From Eledone cirrhosa (lineage: Eukaryota), in assembly GCA_964016885.1 (NCBI GenBank), contig OZ024740.1, positions 368,776,001 through 368,840,000 on the forward strand: 64,000 bases of DNA, given 5' to 3'. A program made the position numbers and the translations under genes. A model generated the notes under the pieces. It was not told the DNA's origin and did no database searches. It saw only the letters and a program-made list of their open reading frames with translations. This document shows, one piece after another, positions 1 through 14,882 of the stretch (the stretch's first letter is position 1; each line of letters opens with the position of its first letter).

Positions 1-1505
1 ACCTTAATAATAACTCAGAACAGTAGTATATTGCAAGTAATAGTAATAATACTAATATTAATGACATTAATACTTACCATAATCTTAATACTATAAGTAT
101 AAACAGTAATAACCGTTCAACATCATGCCCCCTTAACCAATATACTATTAAGAATAACAATTGTATGTTTAGACCTAATAGAACTTGCCTATTAAGTAAT
201 AATTGGCTTATTAAAGACATCATCTACTCCTGTACTGCTAATCAAATTTCGAAAGTGTATATAGGTTCATCATCGAATAGTTTTAAGACCAGATATAACT
301 CGCACCTTCGTTCGTTTAGAAACCCTAGACTTAGTAATGCCACCTCAATATCAACAACATACACTCATTAAAAACAAGAAGTGTACCATATCCCCTATAG
401 CGAAGGCCCCTTCTTATAACCCACCTAACAAACTCTGTAACCTTTGCTTCCTTGAGTCTCGCACTACTGTTCATTCAAATCACAACCTACTAAATAGAAA
501 AGCATAAGTTTTCTCCACGAGTCCACATTGCCACATATAATTACCTCCCTTTGTTATTAACTCCACTTATGAATATCGTTCCCTTTATTTTTTTTTTCAT
601 TTCATAACGTTAAAACAATTTAACGACATTTTTTACCGTTAGACTTTGTCTAATGACTCTTAATAGAACTCGCACATAATGGAAAGGAAACTACTATTTC
701 TTAATAGAAAATTTAAGGATAGGAATGCATTGTATAATATATTTCCTATCGCTAGTAATACAATGGAATTTATCTTTACTACACATATTTTTAAACTCTA
801 CGCATCTCAAACACATTACAACTAAAATTAAAAACATTCCTTGTACACTACATTGGCTTTACATCCAACATATACATTTATACACGAATTCTAATATATA
901 AATTCTTCAGTGACAATTACCTATCTCATTTACTTACGTTTTATGCATTATACATTACACAACATTTATTTATTTTATCATTACACATTTCTTTACCATA
1001 ATGCATGCCATTTTTACATTTTCAACACTTTTAATATGATATAACATTCTGCATGAAATATGCTTGGTTTATTCATTTTATAACTCTTACCTCATGCATG
1101 CCTTTATTAACTTTTGCATTATATAACCTTCATTTTACCTTATTTTCAATGCTATGATATCTTTTATCTATCTCCTCTGACATCTTTTTTGGTTGGTATC
1201 TTTTGCACATGTATTACCTTAAAGAATATCTTTATATATAATATGCTCAATATTTCGCTTTTCACCATTGCTCCTTATACTGTGATATCTGTAAAATAAC
1301 ATCTTTTTGTAACTCCTGCTTTTCAAAATGATGTCACTGACACTGCCAAGAGTTATGTATCTATCAATGTTGTGAAGACTAGGATTATAATTACTTGTTT
1401 AAACATTGTATGTGCTCCGATGAAGCCAAACATTCGTCTGGAAGAAACAATTGTCAGCAATTGTATTAAACTAAAATGTGATTGTTTTATATTCTGTATA
1501 TATAT
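1..1505 (+). mobile_element. Penelope-like element (Hydra-clade-like), 3' fragment: Asn-rich linker, decayed GIY-YIG endonuclease, about 1 kb 3' UTR/pLTR
   Basis: ORF 165-371 IIYSCTAN...KVYIGSSSNSFKTRYNSHLRSF; downstream CNLCFLE...NLLNRK; HHR near the 3' end, then TA tract. Confidence 0.85.
1413..1459 (+). ncRNA. Type I minimal hammerhead ribozyme, core mutated (CCGAUGA)
   Basis: tgct-CCGATGA-ag ccaaac attc gtctgg aa-GAAAC aatt GTC-agca; stem I tgct/agca, palindromic stem III. Confidence 0.75.
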
Positions 1506-2131
1506 ATATGACTGAATACGAATAAAACAGCTGTGAAAAGATTGCCAATGATAGGTCTGAGTAGAGACGTTAATGTCATATGAAGCTTGTCAACTTGAAG
1601 AATAACAGAAGAACGTATTCTTCATGAAATCAGTTGAATGTAAAACGAAGTCATAATTATCAACACAACAGTATTTCTGCAAACAATCAATGTTTTCATT
1701 GCAGTTTTTGAGCTGGACCAATTACTGTGAGACAATGTAGTTTCAGGACTCACATCATTCCTGATGATTTGGAAAGCTTGACATGCAAGGTCTGTAACTG
1801 TTTCTTTAAAAATGTTGCAGGCCAGAAATTCTGTAAGCGTTTTCATCAAATGGAAAAACGTGGGTAGATATTTTTACATGAAATCAACTGACTGTTTCAT
1901 GGGTAGGATCTGGTATTGCTTTATCCTGTGTTTTTTTTTGTTTTCAATTTAACTCATCTAAACCGAACTGATGAACCGTTGAAGAGAAGCAAATTATTCT
2001 CAGAAATGGTGTACTTAGTGTTGTGGAACTATTTCTAGCAAACTCATCCCATGGACTGAATGCTATGGTACTGTGGATATAACCCACCAGTGTTCTGCCA
2101 CTATATATATATATATATATATATATACACC

Positions 2132-2233
<102 letters not shown>

Positions 2234-2385
2234 TAGATATTTATATATGTGTGTATATGTATGTATGTATATATATATATATATATATATGTGGGTATAT
2301 GTATATATATATATACATATATATATATATGATTTTATCATTTATTTTGTGTGACCTGTTTAGTTTGATTTGTTTCTTTGCTTTT

Positions 2386-3603
<1,218 letters not shown>

Positions 3604-3634
3604 TTTCTACCCGCCGAAATACGATTCTCGCTGA

Positions 3635-3697
<63 letters not shown>

Positions 3698-3847
3698 GAA
3701 AACAGAGAGAGAGGGACGACCATGAGGAAGAAAAATATTTTTTTTTCCTTTTTTTGTGTCTCTCTCTTTTTTCTGGGTTAGAAAATGATTAAAACGAAAT
3801 GTTTTACTTTGTGTGAAGTGCTAAGGCATGAGCTGATCTATCTATTA

Positions 3848-4369
<522 letters not shown>

Positions 4370-4370
4370 T

Positions 4371-4706
4371 TTACTCAATACACAAGGTATCAGCCCATCA
4401 ACCAGTGCACAGAAATGGAAGATCCAATTCATTGAGGATTGGGTTGGTAACCATCCATTTCACATCCTCTTCTTCATTCTTCTTACTCAATACACAAGGT
4501 ATCAGCCCATCTATCAATGCACAGAAATGGAAGATCCAATTCATTGAGGATTGGGTTGGTAACCATCCATTTCACATCCTCTTCTTCATTCTTCTTACTC
4601 AATACACAAGGTATCAGCCCATCTATCAATGCACAGAAATGGAAGATCCAATTCATTGAGTATTGGGTTGGTAACCATCCATTACACATCCCCTTCTTCA
4701 TTTTAC
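4371..4706 (+). repeat. Three copies of a 112-bp tandem repeat (triplicated N-terminus of the APE domain)
   Basis: Units start at 4371, 4483 and 4595 (ttactcaatacacaaggtatcagccc); third unit runs into TETHL via ttact microhomology. Confidence 0.95.
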
Positions 4707-5351
4707 TGAGACCCACCTTGAAACTCCCACTTGGAGGCGAAGTAAGAGTGAGATATTTTACAACCATCCGTGCGGATCGTGTTGGCAGAAGGAAGGATGG
4801 AACTGCCATTTTCCTGCATGATTGCTTTACGGCAGATGGCAACACAACATTCTCTAATGGAAACTCTGAATCAGTCACTGTGCACAATAAACCAATGACC
4901 TGACATTAGTTGTGACATTAGTTGGGCTCTATAGGCCGCCACAAACACCCATATTCCGTTTCAAAAAATGCCTCAACAGTATTAAATGCTTTATTAAACA
5001 GTGTCATTCTAGCAACATACTTTTGATGATGGTAGACTTTAATCTACCCTGTGTCGATTGGTCTACATGTAGTTTGAAACCAGGCTCCACAGACTCAACC
5101 ACTGATAGAGATGCTGTCGAGTCACTTCTTGACTTCATGAATAAGTTTATCTTGTCCCAACTTGTCCTTGCACCAACGAGGCACCAGAAGAGCATTATGG
5201 ATCTAGTGTTTAGTAACCACACTAACACTATACATAATATTACAGTGGAAAAAACCTTTCTCTCAGACCATGACATGGTTCTTTGTCAGGTGAGATTCCA
5301 CCAGCCGAAAGATAATCCCAGTTTCATCTCTCCAGCCCACCCATTTGATAA

Positions 5352-5352
<1 letters not shown>
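4371..5352 (+). mobile_element. LINE (CR1/L2-like) apurinic endonuclease fragment, frameshifted
   Basis: LLNTQG..., FIL-TETHL, IRADRVGRRKDGTAIF, LYRPP, VDFNLP.VDW, PTR...MDLVFSN, SDHDMV motifs. Confidence 0.85.
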
Positions 5353-5438
<86 letters not shown>

Positions 5439-5531
5439 AAAAGGTAAACAGAATTAACAACACAATCCGTACAGTATATGGAAACTATATATTAGGTTAA
5501 CGCTTGATATAGTGATATAGCAGGAAGAGTG

Positions 5532-5577
<46 letters not shown>

Positions 5578-5580
<3 letters not shown>

Positions 5581-5768
5581 TAAACGGAATAGAATATGCT
5601 GACAAATTGTTCACAGTTGAAAAATGGTTTAATTAGGAATAAAAGAGTATTAGTGATTGTATGGGTTAGTATTCAGTTGTGGTTTTAAGTTTTTAAGTTT
5701 TTACCGGTTGCGCATTTCTAAATGCTTTTCAAAAATAATTTTGAGATAGAGTGTCCGTGCTGTTTGAT
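5578..5768 (-). mobile_element. About 190-bp insertion in the TA tract of the left arm, probably a PLE 3' tip with an HHR remnant
   Basis: Absent from the right arm; - strand gaacaatttgtcagca resembles the GAAAC aatt GTC agca of 1444-1459. Confidence 0.5.
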
Positions 5769-5931
5769 ATATACATACATATTGTCATACTTTGGGAGGG
5801 TCATGTTGCCAATAAGAAACACACGCAGTTGCTTTCACTCCAATTTAGTATACATTAAATTTATAACTTTAAGAATTTATAAATATCCGGTTGGCTGGTT
5901 GGTTACACGACCGGACGGTTGTTCATATATT

Positions 5932-5974
5932 GTCAAACTTCTTTCGTCACACATTATGTGACCTCTGCAGTCAC
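5932..5974 (-). ncRNA. Inactivated copy of the 7297 hammerhead (CUGCAGA core, stem I and III mismatches)
   Basis: Reverse complement reads gtga-CTGCAGA-ggtcacataatgtgtgac-GAAAG aa GTT-tgac. Confidence 0.7.
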
Positions 5975-7296
5975 TGGGGATTATTTTCTTTGTTTTGTGC
6001 CTCTCTTTTGTTCTGTCCTACGCCATCTTGGTTTTGTGTGTGTTGTGTGCTTAGTTTGCGCATGTGTTACATCCACCAGAGTATTAGAGTTACTATAGAC
6101 TCCGCAAGAAAACGCCCCAACCATCGATCACCTGTACTAGACACAGAGCTCTGGTTAGAAACAATAAATAACAAAAAACAAATCCTCCATTCCCATTATG
6201 CCAAGCCCCTGACTTCCAAATATCTGAACCACCGAAAATCAGCTGTTTAGGATCACACCAAAATCAACATACTGATTGCGGATTTAGTACGGGTAATGAG
6301 AAACGTTTCCTGCATGTGCAACGCCAAAGAACTAGAGAGACACATACAACACTTCATGCACCGTATGCAGTTCTCCGGTTACAATCAGAGAGATAAAACC
6401 AGAGTATATAGAGGAGCCAGAACCAAATGGGAAAAAATGGTAAATAATGATACAAATGGGACCTGCCCCTTGAATAGGAGCAAATTTTGGAATAGAATAG
6501 AAAGAACTAGGAATAAGATTAATACAATAAACTCATGACATGATAGCAATAAATACCAGAGTATAATGTTCATCAATACAACCCCTAGAGGTGAATTAGC
6601 TTACATATTTAGAATGGCCCTAGATAAACTTAAAATTAATATTAAGATAGTACAAAAACCAGGTACCTCCATAAAATCACTTATTAGTGTCACATACCCT
6701 TTTCAAATTCCTTCCTCTATAGATAAGAAATGCATAATCTGTAAACTGAGCCCCATATTAACTGTAAAACTAGAAATGTAGTATATAGCGTAAGATGTAC
6801 TGAAGGACAATGTAAAGATAAGAATATAGTGTACATAGATGAGACAGCTCGTAGTATAGGAGAATGGTTAAATGAACACTGGCGCGAGCTTCAAGATGAA
6901 AAAGAATCATCAATACTCCACCAACATGCGAAAATAGAACATAAGGGCATATTAGAGAACATAGAAATAAAAAATAAAATCTACACACAGAAAAGATGAA
7001 ATGATTAGTCAAATCACAGAGGCAATAAACATAAATGAACTCCAACCAAAATTACATAGAAAACATGAATGGAATAGCAACATCAGAACTTACGATTAAG
7101 GACAAGATGAAAACACACACACACATAGAACAAACAACGAACCAGTAACATGTGAATGAACAAATAAATAAACAAATAAAAACACACACAGACACCTGGA
7201 TGTAACACATGTGCAAACTAAGCACACAGCACACACAAAACAAGATGGCGTAGGACAGAACAAATGAGAGGCACAAAACAAAGAAAATAATCCCCA

Positions 7297-7339
7297 GTCA
7301 CTGAAGAGGTCACATAATGTGTGACGAAAGAACTTTGAC
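7297..7339 (+). ncRNA. Type I minimal hammerhead ribozyme, intact core, CUU site
   Basis: gtca-CTGAAGA-g gtcaca taatg tgtgac-GAAAG aa CTT-tgac. Confidence 0.85.
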
Positions 7340-7465
7340 AATATATGAACAACGGTGGAACCAACCAACCAACCGGAAATTTATAAATGTTATTTATAAT
7401 AAATTGGAGTGAAAGCATGGTGCGTGTGTTTCTTATTAGCAACATGACCCTCCCAAAGTATAACA

Positions 7466-7511
<46 letters not shown>

Positions 7512-7628
7512 CACTTCCTGCTATATCACTATATCAAGCGGTAACCTAATGTATAGTTCCATATACTGTACCCATTGTGTTGTTAATTCTGTTTAACTTT
7601 TACATACATATATATATATATATGTGTG

Positions 7629-7689
<61 letters not shown>

Positions 7690-7853
7690 CGAAGGAGTTG
7701 TGGTAAGGAACCAGATGGACCATAACGCACCAGAGTACTCAATACTTAGGGTAGTAGAGTGGGTAATAGTCCAGATATAGCCAGCCATCGAAACGTCTTG
7801 AGCTCTGCCCTCGGGGCCACACTTGTTCCTATATATATAGATATAGATATTTA

Positions 7854-7964
<111 letters not shown>

Positions 7965-8036
7965 ATATATATAAACATATACATATATAAATATATATAT
8001 ATATAGGGTTTTATTTCCAGGTACCTTATAAATTTG

Positions 8037-8485
8037 ACTTTCCGTATTTATTACTGTTGTGCGATATTGTGGTTTTTATTGTTTGTAACTTCTCTGTTTT
8101 TTAGCCTAAGAAAATATATATATGCCTATGTATATAATTACATGCATACATTTATTTTTTTTAATTAATTGAGTTCTTTACACGAGGAATTGATATCAGT
8201 TTTGAAATAACTAATTAACCCGCGTGTGTTTTATATTTTACTCTTAATTCGGCCGGAGATTTACATTCCCATTTGCCCTTTAAAGCATAACTTTCCGTAT
8301 TTACTACGGTTACGAGATGCGGTTTCTTATTCAGGTACAACCTCTGTTTTTAGCCTAAGAAAATATTTATATGCGTGTGTAATTTATACACGCATATATT
8401 TATCTTTTTAATTTCAATTGAGTTCTTAACACGTTGGATTGATAATGTTTTCGAAAAAACTGATTAACCCGCGTGTATATTATTT
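8037..8485. repeat. Diverged tandem dimer, period about 250 bp
   Basis: actttccgtattt...ttttagcctaagaaaatat...aattgagttct...ttaacccgcgtgt seen twice (8037 and 8290). Confidence 0.8.
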
Positions 8486-8987
8486 TTTTTCCTCCTTTCG
8501 TAGATCGTAGTTGCCTCCCCTTCCCGCTTAGTGACGCTATAATACTTCCTCAGTTAAAAACTGCTGGAATTTCAAATTTGCCGGTCATTCGATGCGGGAA
8601 GGAGCAACTTAACGGACACGATTTTTAACTGTGGTAAGAAATGTTTTTCTTATATCAAAGTTTATTGGGCTTCCATTGATGATTTATAAGCGCCCACCTA
8701 AATATATTCTTACATGAATGTATATTAGGCTTCTACATAAACTGGAAATATTCTCCGAATTTGTAGAAAACTTATAATGAAACAATTGTTTGGAAAGAGA
8801 GATATATTTTAACTTTTTTTAAAATTATATCTCATAAAATAATACAACTGGCTTTTCCACATAATATATATTGTAGCACCCCAAACACTTAAATTGGGTT
8901 TATATTAAAATATAACCAAATGTTTGTTGAGTGAGATGGTTACCAGTCAGAGATTACCTTTAAACTATCTCTGTTATTGTATTAATA

Positions 8988-9068
<81 letters not shown>

Positions 9069-9129
9069 TATATGTATATATGTTTGAGTTTATGCGTGTG
9101 TGCGTTCCTGTGTGTATAAATATACCTGT

Positions 9130-9760
9130 TAGAGTGTTTTTGATGTCAGAAAACTTTCAAAAAACCTACATGGATGTGTCTCAAATAATGACTGATGTTT
9201 TACATGTTGTGATCACCCTGGTTCACCAGGTGCCAGATGACGAGGCATTCACCGATTAGAAACCTTCGACTTGTCATATTTCTTTTGTAGAATATTCTCA
9301 AATGTCTTACGGGTTATTCTAATAGCATCGGCTTTTCAATTTTAATGTCAATTGAATGATATCCATCAACATGTGGTGAACAAGATCGTTGCTTCAATCG
9401 TGTTAGCAGTAGCAGGATGTCAACTTCATCACAGTCCCTTCCCTTCCAAACTCAATTTGCCCACATTTGTACTGTTGATAAATTTGTATTGTTATCTCCT
9501 AATATAGCAACCGAGATAGCATAAATGCCTGTTGGGGCTAAACCCCTTTTCTGTAGGTTCTTTATAGGAACATGATGCCAACTTTTGTCAATTTTCAAGA
9601 GAAGTTACTACTATTTACAGTAGACATCTTCTTTGAACTGTTGGATACCAGTCTACTTGAGGAATCAAAGCTTTCATTAACAAAATGAGTTGCAAATAAT
9701 GCATGCAAGATTTCAAGCTCTAACATCATTCCTTCGTAATCATCTTATGAACTTTTCAGT
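9130..9760 (-). mobile_element. Mariner transposase remnant (N-terminal HTH region)
   Basis: - strand HPATANTIEA..DLVHHMLMD...ADAIRITRKTFENILQKKYDKSKVSNR*MPRHL matches the mariner pattern ending KVSARWVPR.L. Confidence 0.65.
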
Positions 9761-10439
9761 CCATTCTCGTACATTCATAGAGTGGCTTTAAATATTATTT
9801 AGTTGAGTAAGTTATGGTATGTGTTATAATGTTTAATTAATTAATAATACATACATTCCGCATTAACGTTTTGCTATCTTTAAAATATTTAACTTTGGAT
9901 TTCTTCTTTATAATCTATTATCATAATTTAAATCAATCTTCTTTTCTTCGTCAAGAAATATTTGAAAATGATTACGCAACATTTTATTGAACGTTAGCAT
10001 TCTATAAGACATTCTAACTATAGGAAATTTACCGCTTGGCAAAAATACATTTTCAAAATTAAGGTAAGATTGGTGTAAACGGTACTACAATTTTCTTCAC
10101 AAATTTATGACAAACAAAAATAGAAACGTAAAAGTAGAATAATTACGCTCAAGGATCAAATTCTATTCTGCAATTTTAGTTAAGGTACGAAACATGACTA
10201 ACAAATTTTCACTTTCGTATTTAAAATTACGAAAAAAAAAAATAGAACCTAAATAGATTAGATATTTTTAACTTACGTGGCAATTATATTTTGTCATGTA
10301 AATGTAGATTTATTTTTAAAAAGAATATCATAATCGTTATTGATTTATACTAAAAGAGAAATAGAACAAATTAAGTGCTTAGAAATAGCTATCAATAGAC
10401 ATACACACGCAGACACACATTTAGGGAGAACACAAACAC

Positions 10440-10506
<67 letters not shown>

Positions 10507-10579
10507 TTATGTGTATGCATGTGTGATTGGCTTACGTGAATACACACATATATGCATACATAGATACACATAAAACACG

Positions 10580-10631
<52 letters not shown>

Positions 10632-10914
10632 GATGTATGTTTACGTGTGTGTAGATGTCTGCGTTTGTGCGTGTGTGAGAGTGTGTGTGTGTCGGTTTAT
10701 TAGATTGCAGTTAATGCAGGCGTGAACCACGTTCTGCACTCAATCCGGTAATTTGATTTCAAGGTGAAGTCTGGTCGAGCTAGGAGACGTTTAATCTTTT
10801 CTTCAGTAACGCAGACATGTTAGATAACCTCTGCATGATATAAAGAACGATCGCAGATTATAAAATGCAGAAGTCAGATAAATAGAGTGAGAGGGAAAGA
10901 GAGAGAGAGAGGGA

Positions 10915-10977
<63 letters not shown>

Positions 10978-11424
10978 AAAACAGAGAGATAGAGAGAGGG
11001 AGACAAAGAGAGAGACAGACAGACAGTTGGGCAGAGAAAGTTTGTGTTTATGTGTATACGTGTATGTTCTAGTTACATGATTTTATAAATGTTCACTAAT
11101 AGAGAAAGAGTCGGTTTCTAATAGATACAAGCCTCTTTCATTGGAATTTAGTAAACATCACCAAGGTAAATGTATGCATGTTTGCATGTGAGGGAGCGCG
11201 CGCGTGTATGTGTGCAGGTATAGATGTTATTTTACGTGTGGATCACTATGCTTTGAGTTATATGGGTACACGTGCATGTGTGTTGTATCTGTATATGCCT
11301 ATATGAAGTTACTACATGCAGACATTTTGGAATATTTTACATATTTTTACAGTTCCATTCATGGATTTTACTTGTACTTCCGACCTAGTCGTGTTCTTTC
11401 TGGTTTTGTGAAACCCAGCTTTCC

Positions 11425-11990
11425 CTAATTTGTACTAACACATATAGTAACATATCCTAGAGACCAAATAATCACAGTTATAATGGTGAATGTATAGTCA
11501 AGGTGGCATATCTGCAGATAGCTCAGTAGTCTTGCATAGATATTCTCATTTTCGCTAATCTTTAATATATTGGTATCTGCTTGGCAGCTTACTTCCACTA
11601 CTCTATATACTTTCATTCCGCTGTCCCATGTCACTATATCCGGTCTGTTATGCTTGCAGTTTATTGGGATTTTGCCTGGGTCATTACACCAGTACTCTTT
11701 CATATTATGTATGTGTATATATTCCACATTGACATAAAATTGTATATGCATTTTATAGAGTTTTGGCCACTACATCATGTCTGAAAGGTAGATAATACCA
11801 GGTTGGCATATTTGCACTACTGCTTATGACATGGGGGACATCTTGGAAGTTAATTCTGCAGTGTTTGTATTTGTCGTCATATCTAGTTGTTTTCGCTGGA
11901 TTCCTATTCCTTTTGTTAATCCAGTATTTTGTTTTCAATCCTTGTTCTTCGATTGCAAAAGAATATAAGTGAGAGAAACTATAGTAGTTG
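11425..11990 (-). mobile_element. R4/Dong-type non-LTR retrotransposon 3' fragment (Zn knuckle plus restriction-like endonuclease)
   Basis: LFAIEEQGLKTKY...[15 protein letters not shown]...RHDVVAK; KHNRPDIVTWD...VVEVSC.AD.N...IIWSLG. Confidence 0.8.
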
Positions 11991-12155
11991 TTGGGTGGAA
12001 GAAGACCTTATGATCAAACATTATGTCTGAAATTATACAGTTCCATAACTGCTATAGATCAGTCAATATATCAACATGATCAACTCTCCGAAACGATCGT
12101 AAAACAATGAGAGAATGTTGTAAAGTAACTTGCTTTGTTATTATTATCATTCTTA

Positions 12156-12205
<50 letters not shown>

Positions 12206-12210
<5 letters not shown>

Positions 12211-12303
12211 CAAAAGTAATAGGAATCCAGCGAAAACAACTAGATATGACGACAAATGCAAACACTGCAGAATTAACTTCCAAGATGTCCCCAACGTCAT
12301 AAG
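12206..12303 (+). repeat. Inverted approximately 100-bp copy of 11823-11920, isolated between two TA tracts
   Basis: attaacaaaagtaataggaatccagcgaaaacaactagatatgacgac... is the reverse complement of part of the RLE fragment. Confidence 0.9.
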
Positions 12304-12311
12304 GTGGTAGA

Positions 12312-12436
<125 letters not shown>

Positions 12437-12520
12437 AGCTACCGCCTTATTATTGACGTCGAAATACGGCGAAAGTTTATATTTCTATTTCCGAACTCGC
12501 TCGCTGTTTCAAGACATATT

Positions 12521-12589
<69 letters not shown>

Positions 12590-12592
<3 letters not shown>

Positions 12593-14762
12593 AATTACAG
12601 GCACAAACAACACCGTCAACCTGAAATCGAGAGCCTACTCTCCTAAGGTAACCGAAGTTGTTCCTTTCGAGACGGACCTTCTTGACTTAGTCGCTAACAT
12701 TTCCTTTCGCAAACACACTAACACCTTTCAAACGAAACTCAGAAATGATATTAAGAAATGTAGGTCTTCTAATAACACCTTCGTCCTTTCCGAAAAAACT
12801 AATAATATTTACGAAGTCGACAACACCACTTTCCGCCACCTGGCCCATAACGCTATTACTTCTAAATATAAGAAAACTAACCATATGGCCTACCACGACA
12901 TTAATACAGAAGCCAAGGAACTCGCCACCGACTTTAAGGTAGATAGGAAGCTACAATCTTTAGCTAAGCGGGAGGCGTTCCTCACCCTGAAAGATCACAA
13001 GGTAGACTTTACTTCTAACCCCACATATAGACTAAATACGGCACGCACAGATATGGGACTAGTTAGTAAAGCCATACTTAGAAATATAGTTAAGACCATT
13101 GAGACCAAGTCCAACCTGCCCCAGTGGGAGAACAGCGACTCCGTAATTAAAAGGTTTAACTCCTTAAAATCCAAAGAAGCGAAGTTCACACTGTTTGACA
13201 TTGTTGATTTTTACGCGTCGATCTCAGAGACCCTGTTAAACAAAGCGTTGGACTTCGCTACCACTTATACCACCGTCGATGGTTTAGACAGGGAAATCAT
13301 CGCTCACTGCCTGAAAACCCTCCTCTTCAACGACGGAGTAGCCTGGGCAAAGAAGTCTACATCTTCAGACATGTTCGACGTCTCCATGGGATCGTTTGAC
13401 AGTGCTGACGTATGTGACTTGGTTGGATTTTTTATCTTAGCCATATTACGTGTTAGATTCCCGGACTTCCACACAGGAATATACCGTGACGATGGACTGA
13501 CTTTATCGAGCCATAAAAGTGGTCACGACCTCGAGCGGTTTAAAAAAGACGTAGGATAACAGTAGCCACCAACCTCTCTAGTGTAGATTTCTTAGACATT
13601 AATTTAGACCTTCGCACACACACCCACGGACTCTTCCATAGGCTAAACGAGAAACTTAATTACATTCACAAGGACTCATGTCACCCTCCCACTGTTTTTA
13701 GAAACTCCGTTAAGAATATCAGTACTAGAATCTCAAACCTCTCCTCTAATAAGGCTATCTTTGACTATAACACGTTTTGGCTAACAGCGGCTTCTCACAA
13801 CCTATCACCTACTCTCCAACTAGCAAAAACACCATTAAGAAAAGTAAGCGCATCGATAGACAAACTATCTGGTTCTCTCCTCCCTTCTCACTCAACGTTA
13901 AATCCAATCTAGGAAAAACATTTCTAGCCCTCTTAGATAGACATCTCTCCATACGTCATAAATACCGCTCCATCTTTAACCGACACAAAGTTAAACTAGG
14001 ATACTTCTGCGCTAAGAACATGAAGGTCCACATCACCACCAGTCCTAGGAGCAACACCCCACCAGGGTGCTCTTGCAGTAAGCCTGAAGCTTGCTCCCTT
14101 CACCAACAATGCAACACACCAGCTGTAATCTATGAAGCTGTGGTCACTTCCAACCGTCCAACCAAACACAGGAGGTCAAATCATATGTGGGCTGGCGGAG
14201 GGCCGATTCAAGGAGCGTTTCTGAACCACCAGACTACCTTCAGATACCCGGACAAACGTTCATCCACGAAACTCGAGAGCCACGTATGGTCCCTCAAGAA
14301 CTCAAGTATATGGTACTCCATTCAATGGAAAGCCATCACAAGTCCAAACAATACGCAATGGGAAATCCGACGTGTGGCTTGTGTATTGACGAACGAATAA
14401 CTATCCTAAAGAGATTACGCAATAGTGATTACCTAAACACGGGAAGTGAATTTTTCACACGTTGTCCACACGTCACCAAACATCTATTGCATAATTACAA
14501 GGCTCCGGAATGATTCTTTGTAATTTTATTTTTAATTTCTTTTTTAGTTTCAACCAAAAAACTTACCTGGCTTTCGCAGCTATCTCCTTTACACACCCCG
14601 CACGAAGTCTAGTATTGCTTGTGTGAAGTGACCGAGTTTCTGCGCATACGCGTTCGTACGGTTGTCCTTCCTGTTCCTATAACCATACACAGCCCGAGCT
14701 GAAGATCCGCGAAGGTGAAACAATTGTTCTCGGTATGGTGAACTAACTGTTGTGTAATCATT
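12590..14762 (+). mobile_element. Near full-length Hydra-clade-like PLE (RT plus C-terminal GIY-YIG) with stops and frameshifts
   Basis: SEKTNNIY, AFLTLKDHK, FDIVDFY, FDVSMGSFDSADVCDLVG, GIYRDDGL, FLDI, IWFSPPFS, CSCSKPEACSLHQQC..VIYEA, VWSLK, CGLCIDE, CPH; HHR in 3' UTR. Confidence 0.93.
14682..14739 (+). ncRNA. Type I hammerhead ribozyme, intact core, GUU site, bulged stem I
   Basis: accata cacagc ccgag-CTGAAGA-t cc gcgaa gg t-GAAAC aatt GTT-ctcgg tatggt. Confidence 0.85.
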
Positions 14763-14811
14763 TATATATATATAATATATAAGATCAAAAGATGGTTAAA
14801 AGAGTTCCATG

Positions 14812-14882
14812 TATGTTATTATGCGCATTTCAAAAACAAATATCATCATGCAATAACATTTGCGTTTTCGTCAGATAAAATA
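14812..14882 (-). ncRNA. Type I hammerhead ribozyme (left arm copy, long stem II), AUA site
   Basis: Reverse complement reads tattttat-CTGACGA-aaacgcaaatgttattgcatgatgatatttgttttt-GAAAT gc gc ATA-ataacata. Confidence 0.75.

Larger units (their letters stand above)
5430..7607 (+). mobile_element. 5'-truncated PLE (RT thumb plus GIY-YIG, decayed, 6078 to about 7075) with an inverted copy of its 3' end (5430-6076 vs 7196-7607)
   Basis: PVLDTELW...HYAKP...KINILIADLVRVMRN...MQFSGY; CIIC...CKTRNVVYSVRC...VYIDETARSIGE..NEH; arms are reverse complements; TA flanks. Confidence 0.85.

Noticed and set aside
1540-2100. Short ORFs 1622-1849 and 1944-2144
   Set aside because: No recognisable motif or splice structure; cannot support a call
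4371-4706. Regular repeats suggestive of a CRISPR array
   Set aside because: Head-to-tail 112-bp units with no unique spacers, in a eukaryotic LINE context
12453-12590. N-terminus of the 368-aa ORF and an HHR-like gtcg aaata cggc gaaa motif
   Set aside because: The ORF reads through a TA tract by chance; the motif lacks a CUGANGA core and stem I/III pairing
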